In this document: piece after piece, positions 41,406 through 51,465 of the stretch
Layout: each line of letters begins with the position of its first letter
Position numbering within the stretch: position 1 is the first letter of the stretch
IMG/VR virus record: IMGVR_UViG_3300043414_000845
Span: 1 to 60,552 of that record
Source of the DNA: a virus
Taxonomy: Duplodnaviria; Caudoviricetes
Length of the DNA: 60,552 nt
Direction: 5' to 3' (one strand)
Program-made: the position numbers and the translations under genes
The notes under the pieces: model-generated
Databases searched by the model: none
What the model saw: the letters and a program-made list of their open reading frames with translations, nothing else
What the model was told of the DNA's origin: nothing

Positions 41406-43970
41406 CTATCGTTTGTCAGGCGTCCACTTCAGATAGCCGCCAGGAACCTTTGGGTTCTTGCCGTACCAGGCACCATCGCTGTGCCGCTTGAAACCAGGCG
41501 GCGGCACATTGCTCATGTCTGGTCGCGAGTCTGCCCCAAGAGCTGACACCGCGCCGCGACCGGAGGCCTGCATGCCCTGGCGCACAACGCGACCGGCACG
41601 CTGACGACCGATGATGCGGTTGGCCGCAGCAAAGATCATGTCCGCATAGACCTGCTGCTTCTTCGGATCGGTCTCGGTCAGCATCTTCGACAGCTCGTTT
41701 CGAACAGCATCATGTAAGCCGCCCGGCTGGTTCGAAGCCAGTGTCCGACCGAGCCATCCGGTCAGTGCATGGTAGAGACCACCAGTGCCGCCGCGCGCCG
41801 CGGCCACGATGCTCTCGGCCGTGCCGCCGTTGGTGATTGTCTCTTCCAGCGCTGCATCCTTCGCAATGCGCTCCGCCGTCGACGAGTTGCCGAGCTCCAT
41901 GAAGGATTTGAACTTGTTGCTCTCGGCCATCATGCGGCCGATGAACTCCTTGTACTGCTGGGGAGAGAAGGCCGCTCCCAGGCGCATCTGGATGTCAGGC
42001 GTGTTGAAAAAGATGCGTGCGCTGTCGCCGCCGATGACCTTTCCGGTTACCTTCTGCTCAAGCGCTTGAGCCACACCGGCAATGTACAGTTGCCGTTCCG
42101 GACCAGAGAGTTTTGCAACATGCGAGCGAACGTCCTGAAGCGACCCCTTGAATATCTCCGTACCTGTCTGGACCGCTTCGCGCAGCTTTGCGATGCCGCT
42201 ATACGTGTTCCGCGCAATCGTATAGTCGCCAGGCTTGCCAGCGCCCCCACCGGTCGCCTCGTCAAGCATGTCGAGCAGGCGGCCTTGCAACGCCTTGATG
42301 GACGCCGCCTTCATCCCGCTCTTCTTGGCCGCGCGCTCGATCATCACGTCGAGGCCAATCTTCGCAACGTGCCAGACCTGGATCGGGACCGTGGCATCCG
42401 GCAGCTCAGCATCAGGCATTTTGAAGTTCGACGGCAGCTCGCCAAAGTCCTTGGCAACCTGGATGCCTTCCTTGATCGCAGCCTTTATGCGTGGGTTGCG
42501 GAGAAGCTCAGCGGCTTCAGGACTGTTCGGAGCGGGCCAAGCCCGAGCTTTATCATAGAGCGGCTTCGCAGCACGCGAGAGGGTTTCGGATATAGAGCGG
42601 ATCAGATCGTGGGTGTTTGCAGCGCTGACAGCCTCGCGGATGTGCCGAAGCGACTGCGTCCACTGACCGCCACCAGCCTCCCCCTGCATCGGGTCACCAA
42701 GCTGCCGTGACTCCAGGAAGTCCTTCGCGCGCTTGCCGCCCTGGCCACCAGCCCTGGCGACGGTGCCGAGCATGTCGCGCGCGTTCGATGACACGTCCGA
42801 GAACGTCAAATCGTTGATCGCGTTACCGCCAGGCCCCGCCATCTGAGCTGCCGGTCCAGGGGCATTCGGGCCCATCTGTGGTGACACAGCCAGGTCGTCT
42901 CCGATCCCGGACGCGAACACTCGGGCCGCTTGCTTCTCCGGGTTGAAGAGCCCTGGAGCGACTGTCGTGCCAAGCCAGCGGCCTCCTGCTGCCAGCGTCG
43001 ACGCGGCAGGCGGGATCACGGCTCCAAGGCCAGCACCGGTCAGAGCTCCAAGCCCTGCACCACCAACGCGCGCCGCAGTCTCTTCCAGGAGCGACGACTC
43101 GGGGTCTCCAGAACCACCAGCACCGAAGCCCGCCAGGCCTCCGCCGATCATCCCCTGGACCGCGCCGTCGACCATGCGGTCGGCAAGCGTGGCTGCGGCT
43201 TCCGTCGTCATCGCACCACCAGCGGCGACCTTCGGAGCGATCTTCTTGGCCGCCAGGCGCTCCGCCATCTCAGGAGCCACACGCTTGATCGCAGCCAGGC
43301 TGAGCTTGGGGAGGGTTGCCACGCCTGTCGCGACGGCTCCGGCGATGCGCGTGCCATAGGCTTCATATGGCCGCTCGGAGAGCATCCTGGCGTCCAGGTC
43401 GCGCGCTCGGTCACGGTAGTATTCGTACTTCGATGTCCAGGTCTGCGGCTTCTGCCCTGGGGCTGGGCCAGCACCAATCGGTCGGCCAGGCTCAGACCCG
43501 GTCATGTTGTCCAGTGTCGCCGCGCCAGCGCCCAGCGCCTCATCGCCAAAGTCGAACCCAACTCCCTGCATGCCTTCCACGAGGCGGCCAGCAGCCAGGT
43601 CATTGCCAGCCAGCTTGGGCTGCGCGTTGCCGGTCAGGATGCCAAGAGGGGGACCGGACGTCGTTTCCTCATACGAGGACGGCTGGGCCGGGACCTCTTC
43701 GAACTGCGAGCGCGGCGGCGTGGGCTGAAGGGTGACCTCCAGGGAGCCATCAGGCGTGAACGAAGGCTCACGAGAAGAACCGGTCAGGCCATCCAGGCCT
43801 GTCGCCACATTGGGGCCTCGTGTACCGGCGGGATCAGGCTCCGGCTGGAGCGTGCCAGCCGCGCGCCTGCGCTGAATGTCGGCCGCAGCCTTATCCTGCG
43901 GAATGTCCGCTGGGTAATAGACGGTGAAGCCTTCCTTGGTCTTGTAGCCAAGGAACCGTTGCCCGGCCAT
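41406..43970 (-). CDS. DNA ejection protein
   Basis: QGVGFDFGDEALG, Gly/Ala-rich membrane-like helices, AKPLYDKA, GNSSTAER motifs. Confidence 0.75.
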   Translation of the reverse strand: MAGQRFLGYKTKEGFTVYYPADIPQDKAAADIQRRRAAGTLQPEPDPAGTRGPNVATGLDGLTGSSREPSFTPDGSLEVTLQPTPPRSQFEEVPAQPSSYEETTSGPPLGILTGNAQPKLAGNDLAAGRLVEGMQGVGFDFGDEALGAGAATLDNMTGSEPGRPIGAGPAPGQKPQTWTSKYEYYRDRARDLDARMLSERPYEAYGTRIAGAVATGVATLPKLSLAAIKRVAPEMAERLAAKKIAPKVAAGGAMTTEAAATLADRMVDGAVQGMIGGGLAGFGAGGSGDPESSLLEETAARVGGAGLGALTGAGLGAVIPPAASTLAAGGRWLGTTVAPGLFNPEKQAARVFASGIGDDLAVSPQMGPNAPGPAAQMAGPGGNAINDLTFSDVSSNARDMLGTVARAGGQGGKRAKDFLESRQLGDPMQGEAGGGQWTQSLRHIREAVSAANTHDLIRSISETLSRAAKPLYDKARAWPAPNSPEAAELLRNPRIKAAIKEGIQVAKDFGELPSNFKMPDAELPDATVPIQVWHVAKIGLDVMIERAAKKSGMKAASIKALQGRLLDMLDEATGGGAGKPGDYTIARNTYSGIAKLREAVQTGTEIFKGSLQDVRSHVAKLSGPERQLYIAGVAQALEQKVTGKVIGGDSARIFFNTPDIQMRLGAAFSPQQYKEFIGRMMAESNKFKSFMELGNSSTAERIAKDAALEETITNGGTAESIVAAARGGTGGLYHALTGWLGRTLASNQPGGLHDAVRNELSKMLTETDPKKQQVYADMIFAAANRIIGRQRAGRVVRQGMQASGRGAVSALGADSRPDMSNVPPPGFKRHSDGAWYGKNPKVPGGYLKWTPDKR

Positions 43971-45418
43971 TAGTGAACTCCCTCTACGATAGGCGAAACG
44001 CCGATGCCGTTCGTGCGTGGCGGCGGCTTCTTCGGCGGGGGCGCGGTGCCAGGCGGCGGCGGCGGCAGGTCCTCAGTCCCGCCCATGTCACCAGACCAGA
44101 GGTCGGGGATCGCGCGTTCCGGGTCGATGTACGGCGCATAGACCTTGAGACGGCCGCGTTGCTGCTTGAGCTTGAAGTCGTACGTGTGCTTCGCGATTGC
44201 CTTCAACTGCCTGGCAGCGTCCTGCATCTGCGTGATGACCTCGGGGGTCATGATGTGGCCAGCCTTGGCGTTACCCGCGAGCGACTTCATGCGCTGCACG
44301 TAGGACTGCGCCGTTTGGAGCAGCGAGATTTCACCCTCGCGCACAGCCGATGTCGGGTCGAGCGCGCGCACCATGCTGTAGACCGCGCCAATTTCATCCA
44401 TGCCGGTCGTCGCCTTTGGATCGAGCGCCAGGATGTAGTCGATGGCGGTCTTCTGGCTGAGCACGGGCGCGATGGACTGTGACCACTGGTTGGACTCCTG
44501 GTACTCAGCCGCATGCCTGTCCTTGAGGCCCTCCGGGAATGCGCCAGTCGGTTTGCCGCCAGACGGGCTGCTGGTGCTGAAGGTCGTCCCACCGCCTGGT
44601 GTGATCGTCGTGACGACGCCCTGGTTGTTCTTCGGGTCCCACTCGGTCTTGATCGTCGGGTCGTTGGTGACCGGGTTGATGCCGAACGCAGTTGCGTTGT
44701 TCAGCTCGTTCAGGTGGGCCTGGATCAGCTTCTGGTGCTGGTACTCGTCCTGGAAGTTCTTCCAGCCGTTTACAGGGTTGGTGAACGCTTGCAAGTACTG
44801 CTGAGCGTGCTCCGGCGAGATCATCCCGCGCCCTTGCAGGTCTTCCATCACAGCCTGGAGGTCGGCCTCATTGTTGACGCCGCTCATCGCGTTGACGACG
44901 TGGTTATACTTCTTCGCAGCCGCCATCCGCTCGTCCGGTGTCATGCGGTCGATGGCCGTGGTCACGTAGTCCGGTGCGCCACCCGTGCGCGGCTTGCCAG
45001 CGGCCGGTGCTGCGCCTGGCGTATAACCGGAGGCGGCTTCCGGTGTCGACGGGTCGGTGATCGAGCCGTTCCGGTTGATGCCGCTGTTGTAAGCGTTCTG
45101 CCAGGACTGCAACATCATCGGAGCCCTGACTGGGTTCCACTTGCCGATGAGCGAAGCCGCCTGCTGGTTGCCGCTCTGGGCCAAGGATGTCATGGCCGAG
45201 TCCCACTGATTGGGGTCGCTCTTGCCGATCTCCATCGCACGCATCAGCTCCTGGGCCTTCTGCGCCTGGGTCTGCGCGTCGGCACCGGCCTGGGCTTGTG
45301 CCAACTTCAGGTCATTCATCCTGATGTTCTGGCCAGCCAGCTCACCGTCCGTGAAGGCCCAGCCGCTGGCAGGTGTCGGCGCAATCGCGCCGCCTGGAAT
45401 ACCGAGACCATCAGCCAT
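43970..45418 (-). CDS. DNA ejection protein
   Basis: VRALDPTSAVREGE motif; Q/A-rich; located in the ejection cluster. Confidence 0.75.
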   Translation of the reverse strand: MADGLGIPGGAIAPTPASGWAFTDGELAGQNIRMNDLKLAQAQAGADAQTQAQKAQELMRAMEIGKSDPNQWDSAMTSLAQSGNQQAASLIGKWNPVRAPMMLQSWQNAYNSGINRNGSITDPSTPEAASGYTPGAAPAAGKPRTGGAPDYVTTAIDRMTPDERMAAAKKYNHVVNAMSGVNNEADLQAVMEDLQGRGMISPEHAQQYLQAFTNPVNGWKNFQDEYQHQKLIQAHLNELNNATAFGINPVTNDPTIKTEWDPKNNQGVVTTITPGGGTTFSTSSPSGGKPTGAFPEGLKDRHAAEYQESNQWSQSIAPVLSQKTAIDYILALDPKATTGMDEIGAVYSMVRALDPTSAVREGEISLLQTAQSYVQRMKSLAGNAKAGHIMTPEVITQMQDAARQLKAIAKHTYDFKLKQQRGRLKVYAPYIDPERAIPDLWSGDMGGTEDLPPPPPGTAPPPKKPPPRTNGIGVSPIVEGVH

Positions 45419-46142
45419 GACCGAACCCTCCTGAACCTGCTTCTTGATAAGACCCGGAGGTCTGCACTGTAGGCGCACTGCTTTGCCAGAGGCTCTGAAC
45501 CGGCTTGTTGAGCCAGCTACCTGGGTCCTTCTTTCCTATCTTGCCCACCATCGCAGGCAGCGTGTTGGCCGCGAAGTTGCTCCAGATTTGTCCATTGGCC
45601 GCCTGGCCCTGGGCGCGTGCAGCAGCCGCGTCGGTCTGAAGCTGGCTGACGTTGTTCGCCGTGCCGGTGGCCGCCGATGCGTACGTCGCGTTCGCGCGCT
45701 CGCCCATGCCTGTCAGGTTGCCCAGGTTGCCCAGGTACTTGTCGAACAGCGAGCTCGCCGAGTTCTTCATGAAGTCGATAGCACCGGCCAACTGGTTGCC
45801 GCCCAGGCGCGAGCCCTGCTTGGCTGCCTCGGCGTTGAGGCCCTGCATCCCCTGCTTGAGGGCGAATTGGTAGCCTGGGTACTTCTCCAGGGCCGCCATC
45901 ATCGAGTCTGAGTTGCCGTTGCCGATGCCCGTGATCGCCTGGGTGAGCTGCGGCAGCGCCTGCGTGCCTGCATCCAGGTACGGCTGAAGGTGGCCCTTGA
46001 TGTCGGCCAGGTTGTTTTGCTGCGTGAGCTGTGCCGCAGCCGCTCCGGCCGCCTGCGTCTTCGCCGCCTTCTTCGCTGCGCTGCTGGAGATCAGTGCCCC
46101 ACCAAGGGCACCGACAGCCCCGATTGTAGCTCCTATTGGCAT
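45411..46142 (-). CDS. P22 gp7-like DNA transfer protein
   Basis: GALGGALISSSAAKKAAKTQ, LQPYLDAG, PGYQFALKQG. Confidence 0.85.
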   Translation of the reverse strand: MPIGATIGAVGALGGALISSSAAKKAAKTQAAGAAAAQLTQQNNLADIKGHLQPYLDAGTQALPQLTQAITGIGNGNSDSMMAALEKYPGYQFALKQGMQGLNAEAAKQGSRLGGNQLAGAIDFMKNSASSLFDKYLGNLGNLTGMGERANATYASAATGTANNVSQLQTDAAAARAQGQAANGQIWSNFAANTLPAMVGKIGKKDPGSWLNKPVQSLWQSSAPTVQTSGSYQEAGSGGFGHG

Positions 46143-46912
46143 TTGACGACCTCCAGGCTGCCGTCATCGCGGACGAGCACAGCCATGTCTCCGATGTGAA
46201 TGATCATAGGCGTGAGTGAGACGGGCGAGATCGGCATGTAGCCAGCCATCGCGGCCCACCGGTTGTAGGACAGCACAGCCTTTCCGACGTGGCCGCTGCG
46301 GATCATCATGTAGGCCGCTCCGGCCATGCGCTCGTGCACCGCATCATCCGGATGCTCTGACCGCTCGACCCCAGCCTTCTGGCAGGCCGCCTCGACGTGA
46401 TCGTGGAACTCCTTGCCGTACGACTCCAGGTGCTCGCCGATGTTCAGCCAGTCGGTCAAGGAGATCGCGTAGATGTCACACGGCATCACCTCGCCGTTGA
46501 CCTGCCAGCCCTGCGCCACCTCGAACTGGAGCTTGAAGCCGGTCGCCTGGACGAGCGCACGCGCCGCCTTGTTGGCCTTCGGAACCCTGGTGATGACCTC
46601 AATGCAGTTCGTCTTGAGGAACATATGCTCCAGCGACGCCTTGGCCGCGGGCAGGACCAGGCCGCCCTCGCGCGCTTCCTTCGATGCCTGGGTGTGGACC
46701 TCGAACAGGCCTGGCTGGATCGCGACGTAGATGCCAACGAAGCCGTCCATCTCCAGGACGACGTTGTTGGTGTTGGAGATCACGTTCGTGAGGTCGACCG
46801 GCTCGTCCAGGAAGCCGCCCAGGTAGGGGCGCACGTCAGGGCTGTTGCACAGCTCGTTGACTGGCTGGGCGTCAAATACGCGCTTCGGGGACGTGATTGA
46901 TGGAAGGGTCAA
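46133..46912 (-). CDS. GNAT-like virion assembly protein (P22 gp14 position)
   Basis: FEVHTQ...EHMFLKTNCIEVITRVPKANKAARALVQATGF; start uncertain (TTG). Confidence 0.75.
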   Translation of the reverse strand: MTLPSITSPKRVFDAQPVNELCNSPDVRPYLGGFLDEPVDLTNVISNTNNVVLEMDGFVGIYVAIQPGLFEVHTQASKEAREGGLVLPAAKASLEHMFLKTNCIEVITRVPKANKAARALVQATGFKLQFEVAQGWQVNGEVMPCDIYAISLTDWLNIGEHLESYGKEFHDHVEAACQKAGVERSEHPDDAVHERMAGAAYMMIRSGHVGKAVLSYNRWAAMAGYMPISPVSLTPMIIHIGDMAVLVRDDGSLEVVKCQ

Positions 46913-46992
46913 AGGAACCTCGTAGCTGTCGATGTCGAGCTACTGGCGCGGGTTCCTATGCCAGATTGAGCGGGACTATGATCGATGGTCAT

Positions 46993-49458
46993 CTATTTTG
47001 CAACCCAGACGGTAGACTTGGACAAGCTCTCCTTCACGTACATCGTGCCTCCAGCGCCGCCGCTGATGTTCAGGTAAATCGAACCAGGCTCCGCCGCGAA
47101 CTGGGGCACGCCGCTGCCGACGTACATCTGGAGCCCACCAAGACTGATCTGCGAGACGTTCGACATGGCCCCCGACACCATTTTCTGGGACGTGGTCCCG
47201 GTGAGCGCGTCATTGACGGACTGCATCATGGCCAGGCTGTCCGTCGGCAGCTTCTTCTTGTCCGACACGAGGCTGGAGTGCTTGCGCGGCGGCAGGATGC
47301 GCTTCTTGTTGAGCGTGGCTATCCCATAAAGCCCGGTCGCGCTGATCGACAGCAGCGGCATCGTGATCGACGCGGTTGCCGTGATTTCCGTTACATCTTC
47401 GCTCGGGGAGCAGAGATGCCCATCCGTGACAGGTTCGTCTTCATCCACCCAGTCGTTATTGGACGTCCCGGTGATGTCGTCGTTCGCAGGCGGCGCGTCT
47501 TCCAGCGGGCTGGCAGTGAAGCCTTCGATGACGGGCTCATCGTCGTCGATGACCAGGCCCATCTCCTGGGGACCGACCTCGGCAGCGGTGAGCGGGGCGT
47601 CGTCAAGCGGGGACGCAAGCCAGCCATCGGCGAGCTCCTCTTCCTCGAACAGATGCTCACAGCCCTGGCCAGCCGAGCAGACCGGCGTGCGGGCGTACTC
47701 GTCGTCCTGGTCAGGAGGCGTCGAGGTCCAGCCGTCTGTGACCGGTTCGTCTTCGTCGACCCAGTCGTTGTTGGACGTCGCGCCAGCCGTCTGGCCGGTT
47801 TCATCGAACTGGTCCGTCGGGACCGGCTGGAGCCAGCCGTCTGTGACCGGTTCATCCTCGTCAACCCAATCTTCGTTGGAACGGGCACCGGTTGTCTCAC
47901 CGGTTTCGTCGAACTGGTCGGTCGGGACGACCTGGGTCCAGAACTCGACGATAGGCTCATCGTCGTCATAGACCTGGCCGAGCTCTTGCGGCCCGACAGT
48001 GTCGTCGGTCGGAGGCTGGGTCTCGTCGTACTGCGCCCACAGCCAGCCATCGGTGACCGGCTCGTCATCGTCCCAAACGTCGGCGAACGAGGTGCCGGTG
48101 ATGTCGTCGTTGAACGACGGCTGCGTTTCGTCGGCCTGGAAGTAAACCCAGTCCTGGACGATGGGCTCGTCCTCGTCGACCCAGTCTTCGTTCGAGCGGC
48201 CACCAGTGGTCTCGCCGGTCTCGTCGAACGCATCTGTCTGGACAACCTGGGTCCAGAACTCAATGATGGGCTCATCGTCGTCGTAAACTTGTCCCAGCTC
48301 CTGCGGCCCAACGTCGTCAACTGTGGCTACAGTGGTGTCTTGCAGGGGGGACGCTGTAAATCCGTCTGTAAGCTCTTCGTCTTCGCAGAAAGAGCAGCAG
48401 TCCAGCAGCGCGGCGCACGTCGGCGGCCTGACGTACTCATCGTCGGAGAATAGCGGGGAACTGAAAGAACCGTCAGTTACCGGCTCGTCTTCATCGACCC
48501 AGTCGTTGTTGCTGAAGCGGCCGGTGGTCTGGCCGGTTTCGTCTCCAAGGCTGGTAGGTGGTGCCTGCGCCCAGCCTGGCTCCCAGTAGGAGTCTTCGTC
48601 GCCCCACTCGATCATCTCGAACGCGATGGTGTTCTTCGTGATGATGTTGACGGCTTCATCGTGCGTCGGAGATGCGGTGAACCCAGAGGTGTCGTAGCCG
48701 CCATCGACCTCGTCGTCGTAGCCGGAGAACCCCTCGTTGAACACCGTCATCTGGGTGGCAATGGAGTCGTCCGCGGCCCCAGCCAATTCCTTTACGAGGA
48801 ACCCGACGTTGCGGAAGGTGGTGGACACGCCAGACGTTGCGTTGCCGCCGGAGATCGTCGTGGAGGCCGCTGTCAGAGGCGCGGTCTGAATGTCGAACGT
48901 CGTGACCGTTCCGTTGTCTTCGGCTGCGGCCTCCGTCCAGTCGCCACCAGACTCACCCGACGATGACGTGACCGTCGTGCTGCTCGTCAGCGTGATGATG
49001 CAGACAGCCAGTTCGTTTGCCGACGCGGTTGGTCCAAGCGTTGGCATGCCAAGCGACGTCGCAGCCGAGCCTGTTGTTACAACGGCAGAGCCATCGAACG
49101 TCGACGACGTGGCGTTGTTCTTGATCAGGTAAATCTGGCCACCAGCACGTCCCGCTGTCGGGGACGTGAAGAACATGGCCATTGCCGCTGTGCCAGATTC
49201 CGTGCCGTCAGAGATTCTGTACCGGACACCCTGATATGTCTGCGTACCAGCACCAGTCTCGTCGATATTAGTCCACGACTTGTCCGTGGAGAAGACGTCA
49301 GCGCTACCAGCGGAACACGACCCCTTGAAGACGAGGATGAGCAAGTCCCCGGTCGCGATACCGGCTGGGTACGCTGGCGTCACAGACGCGAACCCCAAGC
49401 AGGCGTCGTAAACGCCAAAATTCGCCGTGCCTTTGGCGCTGAAACTCGGGATCGTCAT
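46993..49458 (-). CDS. Virion-region protein with about 13 acidic repeats
   Basis: N-terminal TPAYPAGIATGDLLIL beta domain, central DWVDEDEPVTDG repeats, C-terminal PGSIYLNISGGAGGTMYVK...W tail-type motif. Confidence 0.75.
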   Translation of the reverse strand: MTIPSFSAKGTANFGVYDACLGFASVTPAYPAGIATGDLLILVFKGSCSAGSADVFSTDKSWTNIDETGAGTQTYQGVRYRISDGTESGTAAMAMFFTSPTAGRAGGQIYLIKNNATSSTFDGSAVVTTGSAATSLGMPTLGPTASANELAVCIITLTSSTTVTSSSGESGGDWTEAAAEDNGTVTTFDIQTAPLTAASTTISGGNATSGVSTTFRNVGFLVKELAGAADDSIATQMTVFNEGFSGYDDEVDGGYDTSGFTASPTHDEAVNIITKNTIAFEMIEWGDEDSYWEPGWAQAPPTSLGDETGQTTGRFSNNDWVDEDEPVTDGSFSSPLFSDDEYVRPPTCAALLDCCSFCEDEELTDGFTASPLQDTTVATVDDVGPQELGQVYDDDEPIIEFWTQVVQTDAFDETGETTGGRSNEDWVDEDEPIVQDWVYFQADETQPSFNDDITGTSFADVWDDDEPVTDGWLWAQYDETQPPTDDTVGPQELGQVYDDDEPIVEFWTQVVPTDQFDETGETTGARSNEDWVDEDEPVTDGWLQPVPTDQFDETGQTAGATSNNDWVDEDEPVTDGWTSTPPDQDDEYARTPVCSAGQGCEHLFEEEELADGWLASPLDDAPLTAAEVGPQEMGLVIDDDEPVIEGFTASPLEDAPPANDDITGTSNNDWVDEDEPVTDGHLCSPSEDVTEITATASITMPLLSISATGLYGIATLNKKRILPPRKHSSLVSDKKKLPTDSLAMMQSVNDALTGTTSQKMVSGAMSNVSQISLGGLQMYVGSGVPQFAAEPGSIYLNISGGAGGTMYVKESLSKSTVWVAK

Positions 49459-49745
49459 CGGTCGAGCTTCTTCTGGACGTTGTAGACGGTCGACAGGTCG
49501 GCCGCCCCCTCGATCTCGTGCGTCTGCTGATGCTCAGCGAAGTCGATCAGCTCGCCCGCGATGAGAACCTGCATCGTCTCTCCGCCTGGGAAGGAGACCA
49601 TGACGGTGCCCTTGGCGCAGATCGTGACATGCTCATACCCAGGAGCATGCGTGTGCATCGGGACCTTCTCACCACGCTTGAGGTCGTAGCGCGTGATGAG
49701 AATGTCCCGATATTCAGTGACTAACCCCTTTGGTGAGGGGTTCAT
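49455..49745 (-). CDS. Cupin-domain protein
   Basis: PMHTH...HVTICAKGTV...HEIE. Confidence 0.75.
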   Translation of the reverse strand: MNPSPKGLVTEYRDILITRYDLKRGEKVPMHTHAPGYEHVTICAKGTVMVSFPGGETMQVLIAGELIDFAEHQQTHEIEGAADLSTVYNVQKKLDR

Positions 49746-49749
49746 ACGT

Positions 49750-50229
49750 TTAGAGTTCGTCGAACACGCAGTTGAAGCTGTTGACGCCAGTACCCAACGT
49801 CTGCTTCAGGCTTACGGCACCAACACCACCGATCCCCGTCGCCGCAATGGCTCTGGTGACGATTTCGCCGTTCGGACGCGCCGTCCAGCGGTAGATGCCA
49901 CCGTAGTTGTTGCAGCCAAGGATGACCCACGCCGTGGTCAACGCGCCGATGGTTGGGTCGGTTGTGTCACCAAAGGCAGAGGTCGTGGTGGACGTATGGT
50001 TGTCAGCAGCCCACTTGTTTGGCGTGATTGTCGTGCCGATGGTGACACCAGCCGCCGTCATGGGGGCAGCAACGACTTCCTGATAGGCGGCGGCGGCACT
50101 GGTTGCACCGTTTCCGACCATCGAGATTTCGTTGATCTTGTTGGTCGTGGTCGTTCCGGCGACAACCGAAAAGATGTCCTTGGAGGCAACCATAGTCACA
50201 GCCGAGCGGGCGATATTGTAGATGGACAT
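49750..50229 (-). CDS. Putative virion structural protein
   Basis: T/A/G-rich beta protein ending FDEL; AAGGAG RBS. Confidence 0.65.
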   Translation of the reverse strand: MSIYNIARSAVTMVASKDIFSVVAGTTTTNKINEISMVGNGATSAAAAYQEVVAAPMTAAGVTIGTTITPNKWAADNHTSTTTSAFGDTTDPTIGALTTAWVILGCNNYGGIYRWTARPNGEIVTRAIAATGIGGVGAVSLKQTLGTGVNSFNCVFDEL

Positions 50230-50609
50230 TATTTAGTCTCCTTGCATGTGGTGAGGGCTTTTGCTTCTTCCCAAATTCCGCCCTCATCGAGATGATTGCG
50301 TAGCGCCCCAGGAAGCATAAGGCGTCCTCGTTTATTCTTTTCCTTCAACTCATACTCGCGCCCCACGCGCCGACGCTCATCCATCATCGCCTCTGCGACA
50401 TGCTGGTAGATGATGTTGACGGCTTGCAGCTTCCACTCAAGCAACTGCGTCTTGAGTGGCTGCGGTGCGTGCTTAGCGCTCATGAACAACGCCGTGGCGA
50501 TCATGTCGGTGTACTGTTGGGCGGTAAACCCACCGTCGGTCCCGACATAAAACCTGCCAGCGACTTGCTGGTTTAGAGATGAATCAACAGTCGTTTCTCT
50601 CTGTCTCAT
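50229..50609 (-). CDS. Conserved hypothetical virion-region protein
   Basis: TDGGFT...APQPLKTQL motif. Confidence 0.65.
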   Translation of the reverse strand: MRQRETTVDSSLNQQVAGRFYVGTDGGFTAQQYTDMIATALFMSAKHAPQPLKTQLLEWKLQAVNIIYQHVAEAMMDERRRVGREYELKEKNKRGRLMLPGALRNHLDEGGIWEEAKALTTCKETK

Positions 50610-50947
50610 GCTTGCAACCCGCTGCTCATCCAGCGACCATCTTCACGCGAGTTCCAAGCGTCCATGACGCTCTTGCTCGTTGAGATGGCGCGAAGGGGAT
50701 GTCCACAATAAAGGCAACTGTGCCCAAAACTTTCCATGATCCTTCCAACCAGCACCTCGCTGGAGGCCTCGCCTGGGTACACCCCGGCCACACCGATGAC
50801 ATGGCCGCGGGCGCATTCAATGCGCCGCCCCTGCATGTCGTTGTCGCCAAGGATGCTGAGGGCTTCAGCTTTCAAATCACATACTCCGCTCGATGCCCCC
50901 CGCGCGACCCTTGTATGGCCAGCCTGGATTCGTCTCAAGTCGGACAT
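50606..50947 (-). CDS. Hypothetical Zn-ribbon protein
   Basis: ECARGH...CLYCGHP. Confidence 0.55.
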   Translation of the reverse strand: MSDLRRIQAGHTRVARGASSGVCDLKAEALSILGDNDMQGRRIECARGHVIGVAGVYPGEASSEVLVGRIMESFGHSCLYCGHPLRAISTSKSVMDAWNSREDGRWMSSGLQA

Positions 50948-51357
50948 CACGAGCCCCCTTCCGTGAAGGTCAGCGAGGTCACGTTGATGACCTGGCCCGT
51001 GACGAGATCGACGCTGCTGAGGATGAAGTCCGCAGCACTCGTCCCACAGGTGCCCTGCATGAAGCAAAAGGAACTATTGTACATCCTGAAAAACGTGGCA
51101 GTGCCAGTGCCGGAGCAGGTCCCAGTGATCGGGCCATACAGTGCAAAGTTGTATGATGCTGAGCCTCCGGAGGCCGCCGCCAGCCAATCCGACCCGCCGA
51201 TCAAGCCGGATGTCCAGAGCGTGGAACCCGCCGGTATTGCGGCGCAGTTTGCAGGCAGAGCCCCAGAAAAGAAGATTATCTGGAACGTGGACGGAAACAG
51301 GGTTTCCATCACCTCGACTCTAGCGTTCCGGAGCGCTGTCGACAGTTGGATTGTCAT
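50947..51357 (-). CDS. Virion structural protein
   Basis: LSTALRNAR...GTGTATFFR...QGTCG...VTSLTFTEG, common in tail modules. Confidence 0.75.
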   Translation of the reverse strand: MTIQLSTALRNARVEVMETLFPSTFQIIFFSGALPANCAAIPAGSTLWTSGLIGGSDWLAAASGGSASYNFALYGPITGTCSGTGTATFFRMYNSSFCFMQGTCGTSAADFILSSVDLVTGQVINVTSLTFTEGGS

Positions 51358-51465
51358 CAGCCACCTCCTTTCCTTCTGCGACAGGAGGGAGCGACGGAGC
51401 GGAGCTCGGCATCCTGATGATGCCGACCGCGGTGATGACCGGCAGCTCTTGTGGCTTGTCGTCGC

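Noticed and set aside
46897-48453. 518-aa + strand repetitive ORF, or a possible CRISPR-like array
   Set aside because: Mirror of the acidic repeat protein; the repeats are degenerate at third codon positions and have no constant repeat-spacer pattern
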